Of a DNA stretch of 40,445 bases, positions 24,747 through 33,470 are shown one piece after another (within the stretch, counting starts at the first letter, position 1; every line of letters begins with the position of its first letter). The translations under genes and the position numbers were made by a program. Origin of the DNA: Planctomycetaceae bacterium (GTDB lineage: Bacteria; Planctomycetota; Planctomycetia; Pirellulales; UBA1268). The notes under the pieces are model-generated. The model was not told where the DNA came from. It made no database searches and saw only the letters and a list, made by a program, of their open reading frames with translations. The stretch spans positions 1-40,445 of the forward strand of contig JBJTPA010000133.1 of NCBI GenBank assembly GCA_046074885.1. Reading direction: 5' to 3'.

Positions 24747-25574
24747 TCAGGCGCCAGCGGACGATCCGCACGCCGCTGCCCAGGCCCGGCACAGCGGGTG
24801 CCATGCGAGGATCGCCGCCGTCGCGGCCAGGCACGCTGCGGCGGGATGCCGCACCGTCGCGCGAACGGCGCCGGCGGCGACCGCCGCCACGACGGCCGCC
24901 TGCCAGCCGAGGGCGGCGCCGACCGATGCGCAGGCCAGCCGGGCCGGCCGGCCGCCGATCGCCCCCGCGACCCAGCCGGCAAGCAGGCCCGCGGCCGACG
25001 CCAGCAGGCATCCCGGCCAGGCATCGGTCGAGAGCAGGGCCGGTCCGCACCACGCGGGCAGCGGCCGCAGCGTCGGCTCGAGCGCCGCGGACAGGGCCGC
25101 GACCGCGGCCACGGTGGCCGCCGACGAGGCGGCCACGTCGTGGCCCCGTTCCGCGAGCAGGGCCCAGGCCACGATCGCCATCGCGAGCGCCGTTCGCCCG
25201 GCCCAGGCCACCGCGATCGCCTCGGGCACGTCCCCCGGCGCGGCCCACAGTTCAGCCGCGGCGAGCGCGGCGGCGAGCCCGCCGCAGGCGGCCTCGACGA
25301 GCGGATACCGCGCGGAAATGGCCGCGCCGCAGTCGCGACAGCGGCCCCGGAGCAGGAGCCAGCCGAGCACGGGCACGTTGTCCCACGGCCGGATCGTGGC
25401 GCCGCACGCCGGGCAGTGGGAGCGGCCGTGCACGACCGTCTCGCCCCTCGGCACGCGGTGGGCCACCACGTTGAGGAAGCTGCCGACCATGCTGCCGGCC
25501 GCGAACGCCGTGGCGACCGCGGCGGCCATGCCGACGGGGGAGGCGAACCACGCCGCGAAATCAGGATCGTTCAT
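24747..25574 (-). CDS. Prepilin-peptidase-like membrane protein (A24 N-terminal Cys-rich domain present, catalytic motifs not recognisable)
   Basis: [64 protein letters not shown] matches the DiS-P-DiS domain of PilD-type peptidases. The Ala-rich TM remainder shows no GxGD(V/A)K-type aspartate motif by eye. Confidence 0.7.
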   Translation of the reverse strand: MNDPDFAAWFASPVGMAAAVATAFAAGSMVGSFLNVVAHRVPRGETVVHGRSHCPACGATIRPWDNVPVLGWLLLRGRCRDCGAAISARYPLVEAACGGLAAALAAAELWAAPGDVPEAIAVAWAGRTALAMAIVAWALLAERGHDVAASSAATVAAVAALSAALEPTLRPLPAWCGPALLSTDAWPGCLLASAAGLLAGWVAGAIGGRPARLACASVGAALGWQAAVVAAVAAGAVRATVRHPAAACLAATAAILAWHPLCRAWAAACGSSAGA

Positions 25575-25643
25575 GCTCGTCTGGGAGCGGGGAGAAAACG
25601 CTGCTAGGGTACCCGCCGCACTCCCCGCTGCGCGCCTGGCCGC

Positions 25644-26633
25644 ATGGATTCACCGGAAACGACCGTCGCCTCCGCAGTCCGCCGGCGCATGCCGTGGTGG
25701 CTGAGCCTGGGGCTGCGCCTCTCGGCGACCGCGGCGCTCCTGGGATGGGCCCTCCGCAAGGTCGAGTGGTCGCGGATGCTCGAGCTGGTGCGCGACGCCG
25801 ACTGGCGGTGGCTCGCGGCGGCACTCGCGCTCGGGATCGTCGTCCAGATCGTGGCCGGGCTGCGCTGGGCTGCGCTGGCCCGGCCGCTCGGCTTCGACAT
25901 GCCGCCGGGCTACTTCGTGTGGCGGTTCTTCGAGGGGGCATTCTTCAGCCTCTGCCTGCCGTCGAGCATCGGCGGCGACGTGGTGAAGGCCTATCGCGTG
26001 GGCGACACCACGCAGCGCCGGCTGCTCGCCGGCTGCTCCGTGCTCGCCGACCGGCTCACCGGCGTCGCCGCCCTCGGCGTGCTCGCGGGCGCCGCGATCG
26101 CCGCGGGCGAGTGGAGGCTGTCGCTGCCGGCCACCCTGGCGGTGGCGGGGGGGCTGCTCCTCGCGGCGCTCACCGGATTCTGGCTCGTGGTCGGGTCGCT
26201 CGACCGCATCATGTCGCTGATCCCGGCCCCGCATCCGGCCCGGAGCTTCATCGCGCAACTCCTTCCCTACCAGCAGCGGCCCAGCCTCATCGCGCGGGCG
26301 GTGGGCTGGAGCTTCGTCGTGCAGATCGGGGGCTCGATCGCGGTGGCCCTCGTGGGGCGGACGCTGCGGGTCGATCCCGGGCTCGGCGCGTGGTTCTCGG
26401 TGGCGCCGCTCGTGGCCCTCATCGAGACGGTGCCGATCAGCATCGGCGGCTTCGGGGTGCGCGAGAACGCGATGGAGTACCTCCTCGGCCGCCACGGCGT
26501 GCCCGGCGAGCAGGCCGTCGCGGTCGCCCTGCTCTGCGGCCTGACGCGGATCCTCTCGGGCCTCGTCGGCGGCGCGCTGTTCCTGCTCGACCGGCGGGCC
26601 GCGGTTCCCGACGCCGCCGTCACCGCGGGCTGA
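25644..26633 (+). CDS. Lysylphosphatidylglycerol-synthase-TM-region / UPF0104 flippase-like membrane protein
   Basis: [27 protein letters not shown]..., [25 protein letters not shown], multiple TM segments. Typical of the LPG_synthase_TM family. Confidence 0.8.
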   Translation: MDSPETTVASAVRRRMPWWLSLGLRLSATAALLGWALRKVEWSRMLELVRDADWRWLAAALALGIVVQIVAGLRWAALARPLGFDMPPGYFVWRFFEGAFFSLCLPSSIGGDVVKAYRVGDTTQRRLLAGCSVLADRLTGVAALGVLAGAAIAAGEWRLSLPATLAVAGGLLLAALTGFWLVVGSLDRIMSLIPAPHPARSFIAQLLPYQQRPSLIARAVGWSFVVQIGGSIAVALVGRTLRVDPGLGAWFSVAPLVALIETVPISIGGFGVRENAMEYLLGRHGVPGEQAVAVALLCGLTRILSGLVGGALFLLDRRAAVPDAAVTAG

Positions 26634-27153
26634 CCGCCGCCCGCCGCCGCGCGTCCACGAGCAGGATGCCGGCCACGCTCTTCGCGTCGTCGATACGGCC
26701 GTCGAGGCACATCGCGACGGCCTCGTCCCAGCGGACCACCCGCGGGCGGATCCGCTCCCCCGGCTCGAGCGCCTGGGGGCCTGGCGCGAGGCCGCTCGCC
26801 ACGAACAGGTGCATCCGCTCGCGGAGAATGCCCGGCGACATCCAGAACTCCCCAGCGGGCTCGATGTGGGCGGCGCGGTAGCCCGTCTCCTCGGCGAGTT
26901 CGCGAAGGGCGGCGTCGGCGAGCGCTTCCTCACGGTCGAGCGTGCCGGCCGGGAGCTCGAGCAGCGTCCGCCCCACGGCCACGCGGACCACCTCGACGAG
27001 GCAGACCTCCGTCGGCGAGACGAGCGGCACCACGACGACGCTGCCCGGATGCTCGACCACCTCGCGACGCCGCATGGAGCCGTCGGTGCACTCCTCCACG
27101 ACGCCGAGCACGCGGAACCTCCGGCCGGTGAACAGGACGCCCTCGCCGTCCAT
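26620..27153 (-). CDS. NUDIX hydrolase (ADP-ribose pyrophosphatase-like)
   Basis: Nudix box GTLDREEALADAALRELAEETGY. ATG 27153 shares one nt with the ygfZ stop (TGATG). Only the C-terminal 177 aa of track ORF 26620..28809 are taken as real. Confidence 0.85.
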   Translation of the reverse strand: MDGEGVLFTGRRFRVLGVVEECTDGSMRRREVVEHPGSVVVVPLVSPTEVCLVEVVRVAVGRTLLELPAGTLDREEALADAALRELAEETGYRAAHIEPAGEFWMSPGILRERMHLFVASGLAPGPQALEPGERIRPRVVRWDEAVAMCLDGRIDDAKSVAGILLVDARRRAAVSPR

Positions 27154-28112
27154 CAGCGATCCTCCCGTGGTGCCGCGACCGGCACGGTCGCCACCCGCGC
27201 CGGCGCACCGTCGATCTCGAGCGGGCCGCCGAGCCCCCGCACGTGGACGAGCGCCAGGCCGAGCCCGCCGCCGCCCGGCGCCGCGCAGGCCGACGTGACA
27301 CGGCCGACCGTTTCGCCAGATGCCGTCACGGCGCCGCCGATGCGGCACGGCGTGGCCGTGGCGAGCGTCACGAGCCGGCGGTTGACGTGCCCCAGCGCAT
27401 CGAGGCGGGCCACCGTCTCCTGGCCGAGGTAGCAGCCCTTCGTGAACGAGATCGCCCGCGCGTCGCGGCCGAGTTCCTGCGGCAGCGTGCGGTCGTCGAT
27501 GTCGCACGGCTCCGGGCTGCCCGCGGCGATCCGGGCCGCGTCCACCGCCGCCGCATCGACTTCCGGCAGCCCCTCGGACCGCAGCCACGCGGCGAGGCGG
27601 CCGGCATCGGCGGCCGGCGCGTGCACGAGCAGCCCGCCCGGGCCGAACCAGTCGAGGGCCACCACGGCCGCGTCGATGCCGTCGATGCGGGTGGTGCCGT
27701 GGGCGAGGAGGCCGGTCGGCAGCGGCCCGGCGACGCGGGCCGCGAGCCACGCCGTCGCGGCCGGGCCGACGAGGAGCAGCGTGCCGCGCGCCGCCGTGAC
27801 GTCCTCGAACGCGACGCGCTCGCGGATCAGGTGGCGATCGAGGTGCGCGAGCAGCGGCGCGGCCACGCCGGCCGCGGCGTCGAGCCACAGGCCCTCGTCG
27901 GTGCGGAGGACGTTCGCGATCGCGAGCACGCGGCCCCGCGCGTCCGCGAAGAACCCCTCGGTGCCCCGGCCAGGGGCCAGGGGGGCGAGGGCGGCCGTCG
28001 TGAAGTTGTCCACGAACCGCACTGCATCGGCGCCCCGCGCGACGAGCACGCACCTCCCCGGCAGCGGGGCCCAGGCTGCGGTGGGGGGCGGGGCGGGGCT
28101 TGGATCCGGCAC
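27153..28112 (-). CDS. ygfZ: Folate-binding YgfZ/CAF17 family protein (GcvT-like fold)
   Basis: Signature ISFTKGCYLGQETVARL plus GcvT-like N-terminal region (ARGADAVRFVDNFTT). GTG start. Confidence 0.8.
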   Translation of the reverse strand: MPDPSPAPPPTAAWAPLPGRCVLVARGADAVRFVDNFTTAALAPLAPGRGTEGFFADARGRVLAIANVLRTDEGLWLDAAAGVAAPLLAHLDRHLIRERVAFEDVTAARGTLLLVGPAATAWLAARVAGPLPTGLLAHGTTRIDGIDAAVVALDWFGPGGLLVHAPAADAGRLAAWLRSEGLPEVDAAAVDAARIAAGSPEPCDIDDRTLPQELGRDARAISFTKGCYLGQETVARLDALGHVNRRLVTLATATPCRIGGAVTASGETVGRVTSACAAPGGGGLGLALVHVRGLGGPLEIDGAPARVATVPVAAPREDR

Positions 28113-28180
28113 GGCTCGGCCTCGGGGGGGTGCGGCGACGACAGGCTAGCAGACCCGGCGACGGGGCCGTTTCCGCGGGG

Positions 28181-28199
28181 TCCGGAAAATTTTTTCCGA
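28181..28199. promoter_or_regulatory. AT-centred palindrome in the divergent ygfZ / HTH-gene intergenic region
   Basis: TCCGGAAAATTTTTTCCGA: CGGAAAA / TTTTCCG arms around an A4T6 core. The only AT-rich island in this intergenic region. Confidence 0.25.
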
Positions 28200-28287
28200 A
28201 CCCGCGGCGAACGATCCGGCTGCGGGCCGCGTAAGTCAGTCCACCGCGGCGGGCCGCGAACGCCACGCGTCGAGGAGGATCGAAAGC

Positions 28288-28899
28288 ATGGCAACCGTCG
28301 ATTGCGATCGCATGCACGACAGCGAGTTCGACGACGATCACGCCGGGTTTCCCGCCGGGCCGCGAATCGCCGACGCCGCGTTCTCCGACGCCGCGCGGGC
28401 AGCCGCGGAGTCGGAGATCGACGAGCCGTCCGCCCCCCGGGGCCGTCGCCTGCACCGCATCGCCGAGGTCCGTCACCGGCAGGGCGTGACGCTCCGGAAC
28501 GTGGCGCGGCGGCTCGGCATGCCGCTGCCGCTGGTGCGGCGGCAGGAAGCGTGCGACGCCGACCTGCGGCTCTCCGACCTCCACCGCTGGCAGCAGGTTC
28601 TCGACGTCCCGATCGCCGAATTGCTCGTCGAGGGCGACGACCAGCTGTCGGGCCCCGTGCTCGAGCGGTCGCGGATGGTCAAGCTCATGAAGACGGCCGC
28701 CGCGATCCGCGAGCGGACGGCGGGCACCGCCGCCGGACGCCTCGTGGAGATGCTCGTCGGCCAGATCCTGGAGATCATGCCGGAACTCACCGACGTCACG
28801 CCCTGGCACACGGTGGGGCAGCGGCGGACGCTCGACGACCTCGGCCGCACGGCGCGATCCGCCGTGCCCGAGGAGATCTTCCGCCGGTCACGGCCGTGA
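28288..28899 (+). CDS. XRE-like helix-turn-helix domain protein, unknown function
   Basis: Acidic N-terminus, then RHRQGVTLRNVARRLGMPLPLVRRQEACDADLRLSDLHRWQQVLDVPIAELL (HTH_3-like). ATG preceded by GAGGAGGA. Confidence 0.65.
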   Translation: MATVDCDRMHDSEFDDDHAGFPAGPRIADAAFSDAARAAAESEIDEPSAPRGRRLHRIAEVRHRQGVTLRNVARRLGMPLPLVRRQEACDADLRLSDLHRWQQVLDVPIAELLVEGDDQLSGPVLERSRMVKLMKTAAAIRERTAGTAAGRLVEMLVGQILEIMPELTDVTPWHTVGQRRTLDDLGRTARSAVPEEIFRRSRP

Positions 28900-29032
28900 C
28901 CGGCGCCTGCGGGCGTCGGCGGCGTCGCAGGCCGCCGGCTTGTTGGCCGCCGCCGCGGGCGTCTACGATCTGTCGCGACGCGGCCGTCCTTCCCGTGAGG
29001 GCTGCGGAGACCGTGGGACGCGGAGGTTTCGG

Positions 29033-29119
29033 GTGTTCTCGTTCGTCGGCGTGCTCGGCATCACGCTCGTGCTGTTCCTCGTGGTCGCGCTCACGGCGCG
29101 GCTGATCCTCGGCCGTTGA
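29033..29119 (+). CDS. Candidate 28-aa hydrophobic peptide (unannotated small ORF)
   Basis: GGAGG (29022-29026), 6 nt, then GTG 29033. Encodes VFSFVGVLGITLVLFLVVALTARLILGR, a single TM helix with a basic C-terminus. 27 of 28 sense codons end in G/C, as in real genes here. The 3' end overlaps the convergent gene 29091..29519. Confidence 0.25.
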   Translation: MFSFVGVLGITLVLFLVVALTARLILGR

Positions 29120-29519
29120 GGTCGCCCGTCGCGTCGTCGGCCGCCGCGGTCCGCGGCAACGCGCCGCGCATCGCGCCTCGGAGCATCAGGCCGACCACCG
29201 CCCCCAGCAGGCCCACGAAGATCACCCACGCCGCGACCACCGCGGACGGGTAGTCGCGGAGCCAGATTAACTCGGGCGGCTCCGCGCTCCGCGGCACCTT
29301 GCGGCGGACGGGGCCCGGCCCGTCCGCCTGGGCGCGCATGTCGTCACGGAAGCGATCCCAGTCGGCCTGCGCGGCCCCGCCGGAGAGTTCCACGAGCCGG
29401 GCCTCGCGCCAGCGGAGGAACGCCACCGGCGGCAGCGACACGACCGCGAGCCAACAGGCGGCGTACGCCGTCAGGAGTGCGGCCGCGGGGCGGCTTGACG
29501 GGATGCGCCTGGCGGTCAT
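29091..29519 (-). CDS. Two-TM membrane protein, unknown function
   Basis: MTARRIPSSRPAAALLTAYAACWLAVVSL (TM1) ... YPSAVVAAWVIFVGLLGAVVGLML (TM2). No recognisable domain. Confidence 0.55.
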   Translation of the reverse strand: MTARRIPSSRPAAALLTAYAACWLAVVSLPPVAFLRWREARLVELSGGAAQADWDRFRDDMRAQADGPGPVRRKVPRSAEPPELIWLRDYPSAVVAAWVIFVGLLGAVVGLMLRGAMRGALPRTAAADDATGDLNGRGSAAP

Positions 29520-29736
29520 GGCGAGGCTTTCAGCACCGGCTACCGGGGCCGGTTCCGAGAATCCGGCCGGGAATCAAAGTGGAAACAGAACTGGGGACTG
29601 GGCTGGGGCCTGTGGACTGGGCTGGGAAACTGGGGGCTTTCAGTCTGGCAGCGCTGTCGACCGCCTGCTACCGTCCCGCCCCCTCGGCCCCCCGAACCGG
29701 CCGACCCACACACCCGCGAGCCCGGAGTCCCGCGCC

Positions 29737-30909
29737 GTGCCGAGCGTTCGCCCGCCCCGCATCCGCCTCGCCTCCGTCGCCGTGATCGTCGCGCTCGCCG
29801 CCCCGCGGGCGGCCCTCGCGGAGGGCGGCTGGCTGCCGACCGCGTGGTTCCCGGCACGGCATGCCGATGCCGCCGCGATGTTTCCGTTGGCCGAGAAGGA
29901 CGGCCCGTGGCTCGTGCTCGCCACGACGTTCCGCGGCGAGACGGCCCGCGAGGACGCCCGGCGGCTCGTCCACGAACTCCGCGACCGGCACGGGCTCCAG
30001 GCCTACACCCACGAGAAGGCGTTCGACTTCACCGGCCGCCAGCAGGGCGTGGGCCTCAACCCCGACGGCACGCCCAAGACGATGCGCTACGCCAACGCCC
30101 GGCAGGTCGTCGAGGTGGCGGTGCTCGTCGGCGACTTCGCCTCCTGCGAGGATCCCCGGGCGCAGAAGATGCTCCAGAGGGTCAAGGGTCTCGAGCCCGA
30201 GGCGCTCGGCGGCAAGGCCGCGAAGGGGGGCCTCGTCTCGGAGTTCGTCCAGGCCAACCGCAACCACCTCGCTGCGGCCGACGCCGCGCTGCGGAAGCCC
30301 CCCATGCACGCCGCCATGATGATCCCCAACCCGCTCCTGCCGGCCGACTTCTTCCAGCGGCACGAGGTGGACGATTTCGTGCGCGAGATGAACGCCGAGG
30401 TGGAGCACGGCCTCCTCGACTGCCCGGGACGCTACACGGTCCGCGTGGCCACGTTCACGGGCGCGGGGACGTTCGACGCGACCGGCGCCGAGCAGGGCTC
30501 GCGGCCGGGCGGCCTCGTCGATCCCGGGCGGCTGCTCGACGTGCTCCGCGGCAGCGGCTGGCGAGATCCTCAGATCCGCGGCGTGCCCGGCGAGAGCCGG
30601 CTCGTCGAGGCGGCCGACAAGGCACACCGGCTCACCGAGGCGCTGCGCCGGGCCGGCTGGCAGGCCTGGGAGTTCCACGACCGCGAGTCGAGCATCGTCT
30701 GCGTCGGCAGCGTGGACGGGCTCACGGTGCCCGACGCGAGCGGCCGGCCGGCCGTCAATCCCGAGATCGCGCGGATCGTCGCGTCGCTGGGGCCCGACCC
30801 GGCGGCGCTCGCGGAGGGGCGGGTGATGCCGCGGGAGTTCGGCGGGATCATGCTGGACGTGCAGCCGAAGCCCATCGACGTGCCACGCGCGCCGACGCGG
30901 CGGCGGTGA
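29737..30909 (+). CDS. Secreted protein with two SPOR-like repeats (tentative)
   Basis: GTG 29737 gives signal peptide VPSVRPPRIRLASVAVIVALAAPRAALAEG. Two segments show the W/Y-x-V-x-(L/V)ATF...A..L...L pattern: GPWLVLATTFRGETAREDARRLVHELR and GRYTVRVATFTGAG...KAHRLTEALRRAGW. The track start 29299 is rejected. Confidence 0.65.
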   Translation: MPSVRPPRIRLASVAVIVALAAPRAALAEGGWLPTAWFPARHADAAAMFPLAEKDGPWLVLATTFRGETAREDARRLVHELRDRHGLQAYTHEKAFDFTGRQQGVGLNPDGTPKTMRYANARQVVEVAVLVGDFASCEDPRAQKMLQRVKGLEPEALGGKAAKGGLVSEFVQANRNHLAAADAALRKPPMHAAMMIPNPLLPADFFQRHEVDDFVREMNAEVEHGLLDCPGRYTVRVATFTGAGTFDATGAEQGSRPGGLVDPGRLLDVLRGSGWRDPQIRGVPGESRLVEAADKAHRLTEALRRAGWQAWEFHDRESSIVCVGSVDGLTVPDASGRPAVNPEIARIVASLGPDPAALAEGRVMPREFGGIMLDVQPKPIDVPRAPTRRR

Positions 30910-30942
30910 TCGTCGCCGGTATCGATCGGCTACAACGGCGGC

Positions 30943-31638
30943 ATGAAACCCACCTCGTCCGTCGGGCAGGCGCCCGTCCTCGTGCTCGGCACCACGAATG
31001 CCGGGAAGGTGCGCGAGCTTCTCGAACTGCTCGCGCCCCACGGGATCGAGTGCCGGTCGCTCCGCGAGGTGGAGGGCGCCGTCGAGGTCGAGGAGACCGG
31101 CGACACCTTCGCCGAGAACGCGGCGCTCAAGGCCACGGCGCAGGCGCGGGCCCTGCGGGCGTGGGTGCTGGCCGAGGACAGCGGACTCGTCGTGCCGGCG
31201 CTCGGCGGGGCGCCCGGCGTGCTCTCGGCGCGGTTCTCGGGGCCGGCCCCCGCGGGCGAGACGCAGCCCGCGGACGAGCGCAACAACGCGCTCCTTCTCG
31301 AGCGGATGGCGGGGCTGTCGGGCCGGGAGCGGTCGGCGCACTACGCGTGCCACGCCGCCATTTCGGATCCGTCGGGCAGCGTGGTCGCCACGAGCGAGGG
31401 GGCCTGCCACGGGGTCATCGCCGCGAGGCGCCGCGGGAGCGGCGGCTTCGGCTACGACCCACTCTTCGTGGTCCCGGAGTGCTGGCGGACGTTCGGCGAG
31501 ATCGCCCCGGCCGTGAAGGCCGTGATCAGCCACCGGGCCCGCGCGATGCGGGCGATCCTGCCGGCGATCGTGCGAGCCCTCGGGGAGGGTGTCGGCCCAC
31601 GCGAGGTGGCGGTGTCGCGGCCGCGTCCGATGGCGTAG
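30943..31638 (+). CDS. rdgB: Non-canonical purine NTP pyrophosphatase (dITP/XTP pyrophosphatase, Ham1/RdgB family)
   Basis: LVLGTTNAGKVRELLELL, ETGDTFAENAALKA, AEDSGLVVPALGGAPGVLSARF, GGFGYDPLF, ISHRARA. Confidence 0.88.
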   Translation: MKPTSSVGQAPVLVLGTTNAGKVRELLELLAPHGIECRSLREVEGAVEVEETGDTFAENAALKATAQARALRAWVLAEDSGLVVPALGGAPGVLSARFSGPAPAGETQPADERNNALLLERMAGLSGRERSAHYACHAAISDPSGSVVATSEGACHGVIAARRRGSGGFGYDPLFVVPECWRTFGEIAPAVKAVISHRARAMRAILPAIVRALGEGVGPREVAVSRPRPMA

Positions 31639-31681
31639 TCTTGAGCCGATCCGATTCCCGCCCCGACGTGGATGCGTCCGC

Positions 31682-32740
31682 ATGTCCCCCCGGCCCGCGC
31701 CCGCCCGCCCGCGCGTCGTCGCCTGCCTCGTCCTGGCCGCGGCGGCGCACGCCGGGGGCGCGTCGGCCGACCCGGCGCCGACCGACGTCGTGGTCACGGT
31801 CGGCACCACCCCGATCTTCCGCTCGGAACTCGACGCCGTGATGCGGCGGGCACCGGGCGGCGCCGAGCCGTCCGCCCCCGAGGCGGCCACGGGGCCGAGC
31901 CGTCGGCAGTTGCTCGAGGCCGTCGCGATCGAGCAGCTCGTCGATCAGCGGCTCCTGCGGGGAGAGATCGAGCGGGAGCGGATCACCGTCGCGCGAACCG
32001 AGATCGAGGGCCGCCTGGACCAGCTCAAGAAGCAGGTCGCCGCCCGGGGCGGGGAGTGGCCGCGATTCCTCGAGCAGATGGGCCGCGACGAGAACGCGAT
32101 CCGCGAGCAGATCGGACTCGAACTCGCCCTCGATCGGCTGCTGCGGCCGAAACTCACTCCCGCGGTGATCGCCGCGGGATTCGAGACGCACCGCCGCGAG
32201 ATCGACGGCACCCGGCTGCGGGTGAGCCACATCGTGATCCGGCCCGACGCCGCCCTCGGCGACGACGGCCATGCGGCCGCGGTCGCGCGGGCGACCGCGA
32301 TCCGCCGCGAGATCATCCAGGGGGCGGTCACTTTCGCCGATGCCGCCGCCCGCCACTCCGCCGGCCCGAGCCGTGCCCGCGGCGGGGACCTCGGCTGGAT
32401 CACCCGCGACGCCCCGATGATCGATGCCTTCACGAAGCAGGCGTTCGCGCTCTCCAAGGGGGACGTGTCGAAGCCGTTCATGACGCCGTTCGGCATCCAC
32501 ATCGTGCAGGTCACGGCGATCGAGCCGGGTCGCGCGGGGCTCGACGCCCTGCGTCCGAAGCTCGAAACGCTGCTGGCCGGCACCATGCTCCGCGACCTGC
32601 TGACAAGGCTGCGGGCATCGAAGCCGGTGGTGTACACGCCGGGCGTGGCCCACTTCGATCCGGCGACGCCGGCGGATGGCCCGGCGCCGAGGCGCATCGT
32701 CGTCGGCGACGCCGCGGTGGCGGGACCGCCGGGGCCGTAG
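31682..32740 (+). CDS. Secreted parvulin-type peptidyl-prolyl cis-trans isomerase (SurA/PrsA-like)
   Basis: Signal peptide MSPRPAPARPRVVACLVLAAAAHAGGASA. PpiC rotamase core LRVSHIVIRP...ARHSAGPSRARGGDLGWITRDAPMIDAFTKQAFALSKGDVSKPFMTPFGIHIVQV. Confidence 0.85.
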   Translation: MSPRPAPARPRVVACLVLAAAAHAGGASADPAPTDVVVTVGTTPIFRSELDAVMRRAPGGAEPSAPEAATGPSRRQLLEAVAIEQLVDQRLLRGEIERERITVARTEIEGRLDQLKKQVAARGGEWPRFLEQMGRDENAIREQIGLELALDRLLRPKLTPAVIAAGFETHRREIDGTRLRVSHIVIRPDAALGDDGHAAAVARATAIRREIIQGAVTFADAAARHSAGPSRARGGDLGWITRDAPMIDAFTKQAFALSKGDVSKPFMTPFGIHIVQVTAIEPGRAGLDALRPKLETLLAGTMLRDLLTRLRASKPVVYTPGVAHFDPATPADGPAPRRIVVGDAAVAGPPGP

Positions 32741-32869
32741 GCGGGCGGCCTCTGGCGGCCGCGGGTGAATCGCGTTTTTTCGAAGGGGTTTCCTCGGCGC
32801 GAGCCGGATTGCGGGCCCGGCGGGCGATCGGTACCCTCCCGCCCCCTCACCGCGGCGGTCGGGCCCAGC

Positions 32870-33445
32870 ATGAAGTTCCGGTCGTTCCTCATCGTGGCGT
32901 GCATCGTCGTGGTGCCGCTCATCGCGATGTTCTCACACCGCATCCCGGCGGGGACGCGGGCCGCCGTCGCGGCATACCTCCGCGACCTCGTCGGCCCGCG
33001 GCCCGCGCCGCCGAATGCGGTCGGAGCCGGTGCCGCCGGCGGCGCGTCGCCGACACCCGCGCCGTCGGCTCCGGCTCCTGCTCCGGCGGGTGCGCCGGAG
33101 CAGCCGCCGGGCGAACGCGTGGAGCGGGCCGCGGCCGTGGTGTCCGCCGACGGGCTGCCGCGGGTGGTGCCGATCTCCGCGACGGCTCCCGAGCCCGAGG
33201 CCTTCGGCGCCCTGCGCGCGCTCGGGGCGGTGGCGATCGAAAGCCGGCCGCTCGAAGGCCCCGGCGGCCATGTCGCGCGCTGCCGAGTGCCCGTGGACGG
33301 CACCGGCGAACTCGAGCGGGTCTTCCAGGCGACCGGCTCCGATGCCGCCGCCGCCGCCGAGAACCTGCTGTATGAAGTGGCGGCGTGGCGGCGTGCCGCA
33401 CCGGGAGCGGGCCGCGCGACGGCCCCGGCCACGATGCGGTTTTGA
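32870..33445 (+). CDS. Membrane-anchored hypothetical protein
   Basis: MKFRSFLIVACIVVVPLIAMF anchor, Pro/Ala-rich linker, ~80-aa C-terminal globular part. No recognisable motif. Confidence 0.5.
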   Translation: MKFRSFLIVACIVVVPLIAMFSHRIPAGTRAAVAAYLRDLVGPRPAPPNAVGAGAAGGASPTPAPSAPAPAPAGAPEQPPGERVERAAAVVSADGLPRVVPISATAPEPEAFGALRALGAVAIESRPLEGPGGHVARCRVPVDGTGELERVFQATGSDAAAAAENLLYEVAAWRRAAPGAGRATAPATMRF

Positions 33446-33470
33446 CCGGCGGAGCCGCGGGAGCGATTCC

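Noticed and set aside
20410-25574. PEP-CTERM substrate gene within or beside the exosortase locus
   Set aside because: I read the C-termini of all supported ORFs in the window. None ends with a PEP-like motif followed by a TM helix and a basic cluster.
26620-28809. 729-aa minus-strand ORF
   Set aside because: It is a run-on of the NUDIX frame through ygfZ and beyond. Only the last 177 aa (from ATG 27153) carry NUDIX features. ygfZ is in another frame, and the HTH gene is on the plus strand.
29668-31890. 740-aa minus-strand ORF and the 665-aa plus-strand ORF 29844..31841
   Set aside because: They overlap the secreted SPOR-like protein, rdgB and the PPIase genes in antisense or shifted frames. 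No motifs were recognised and the composition is an artefact.
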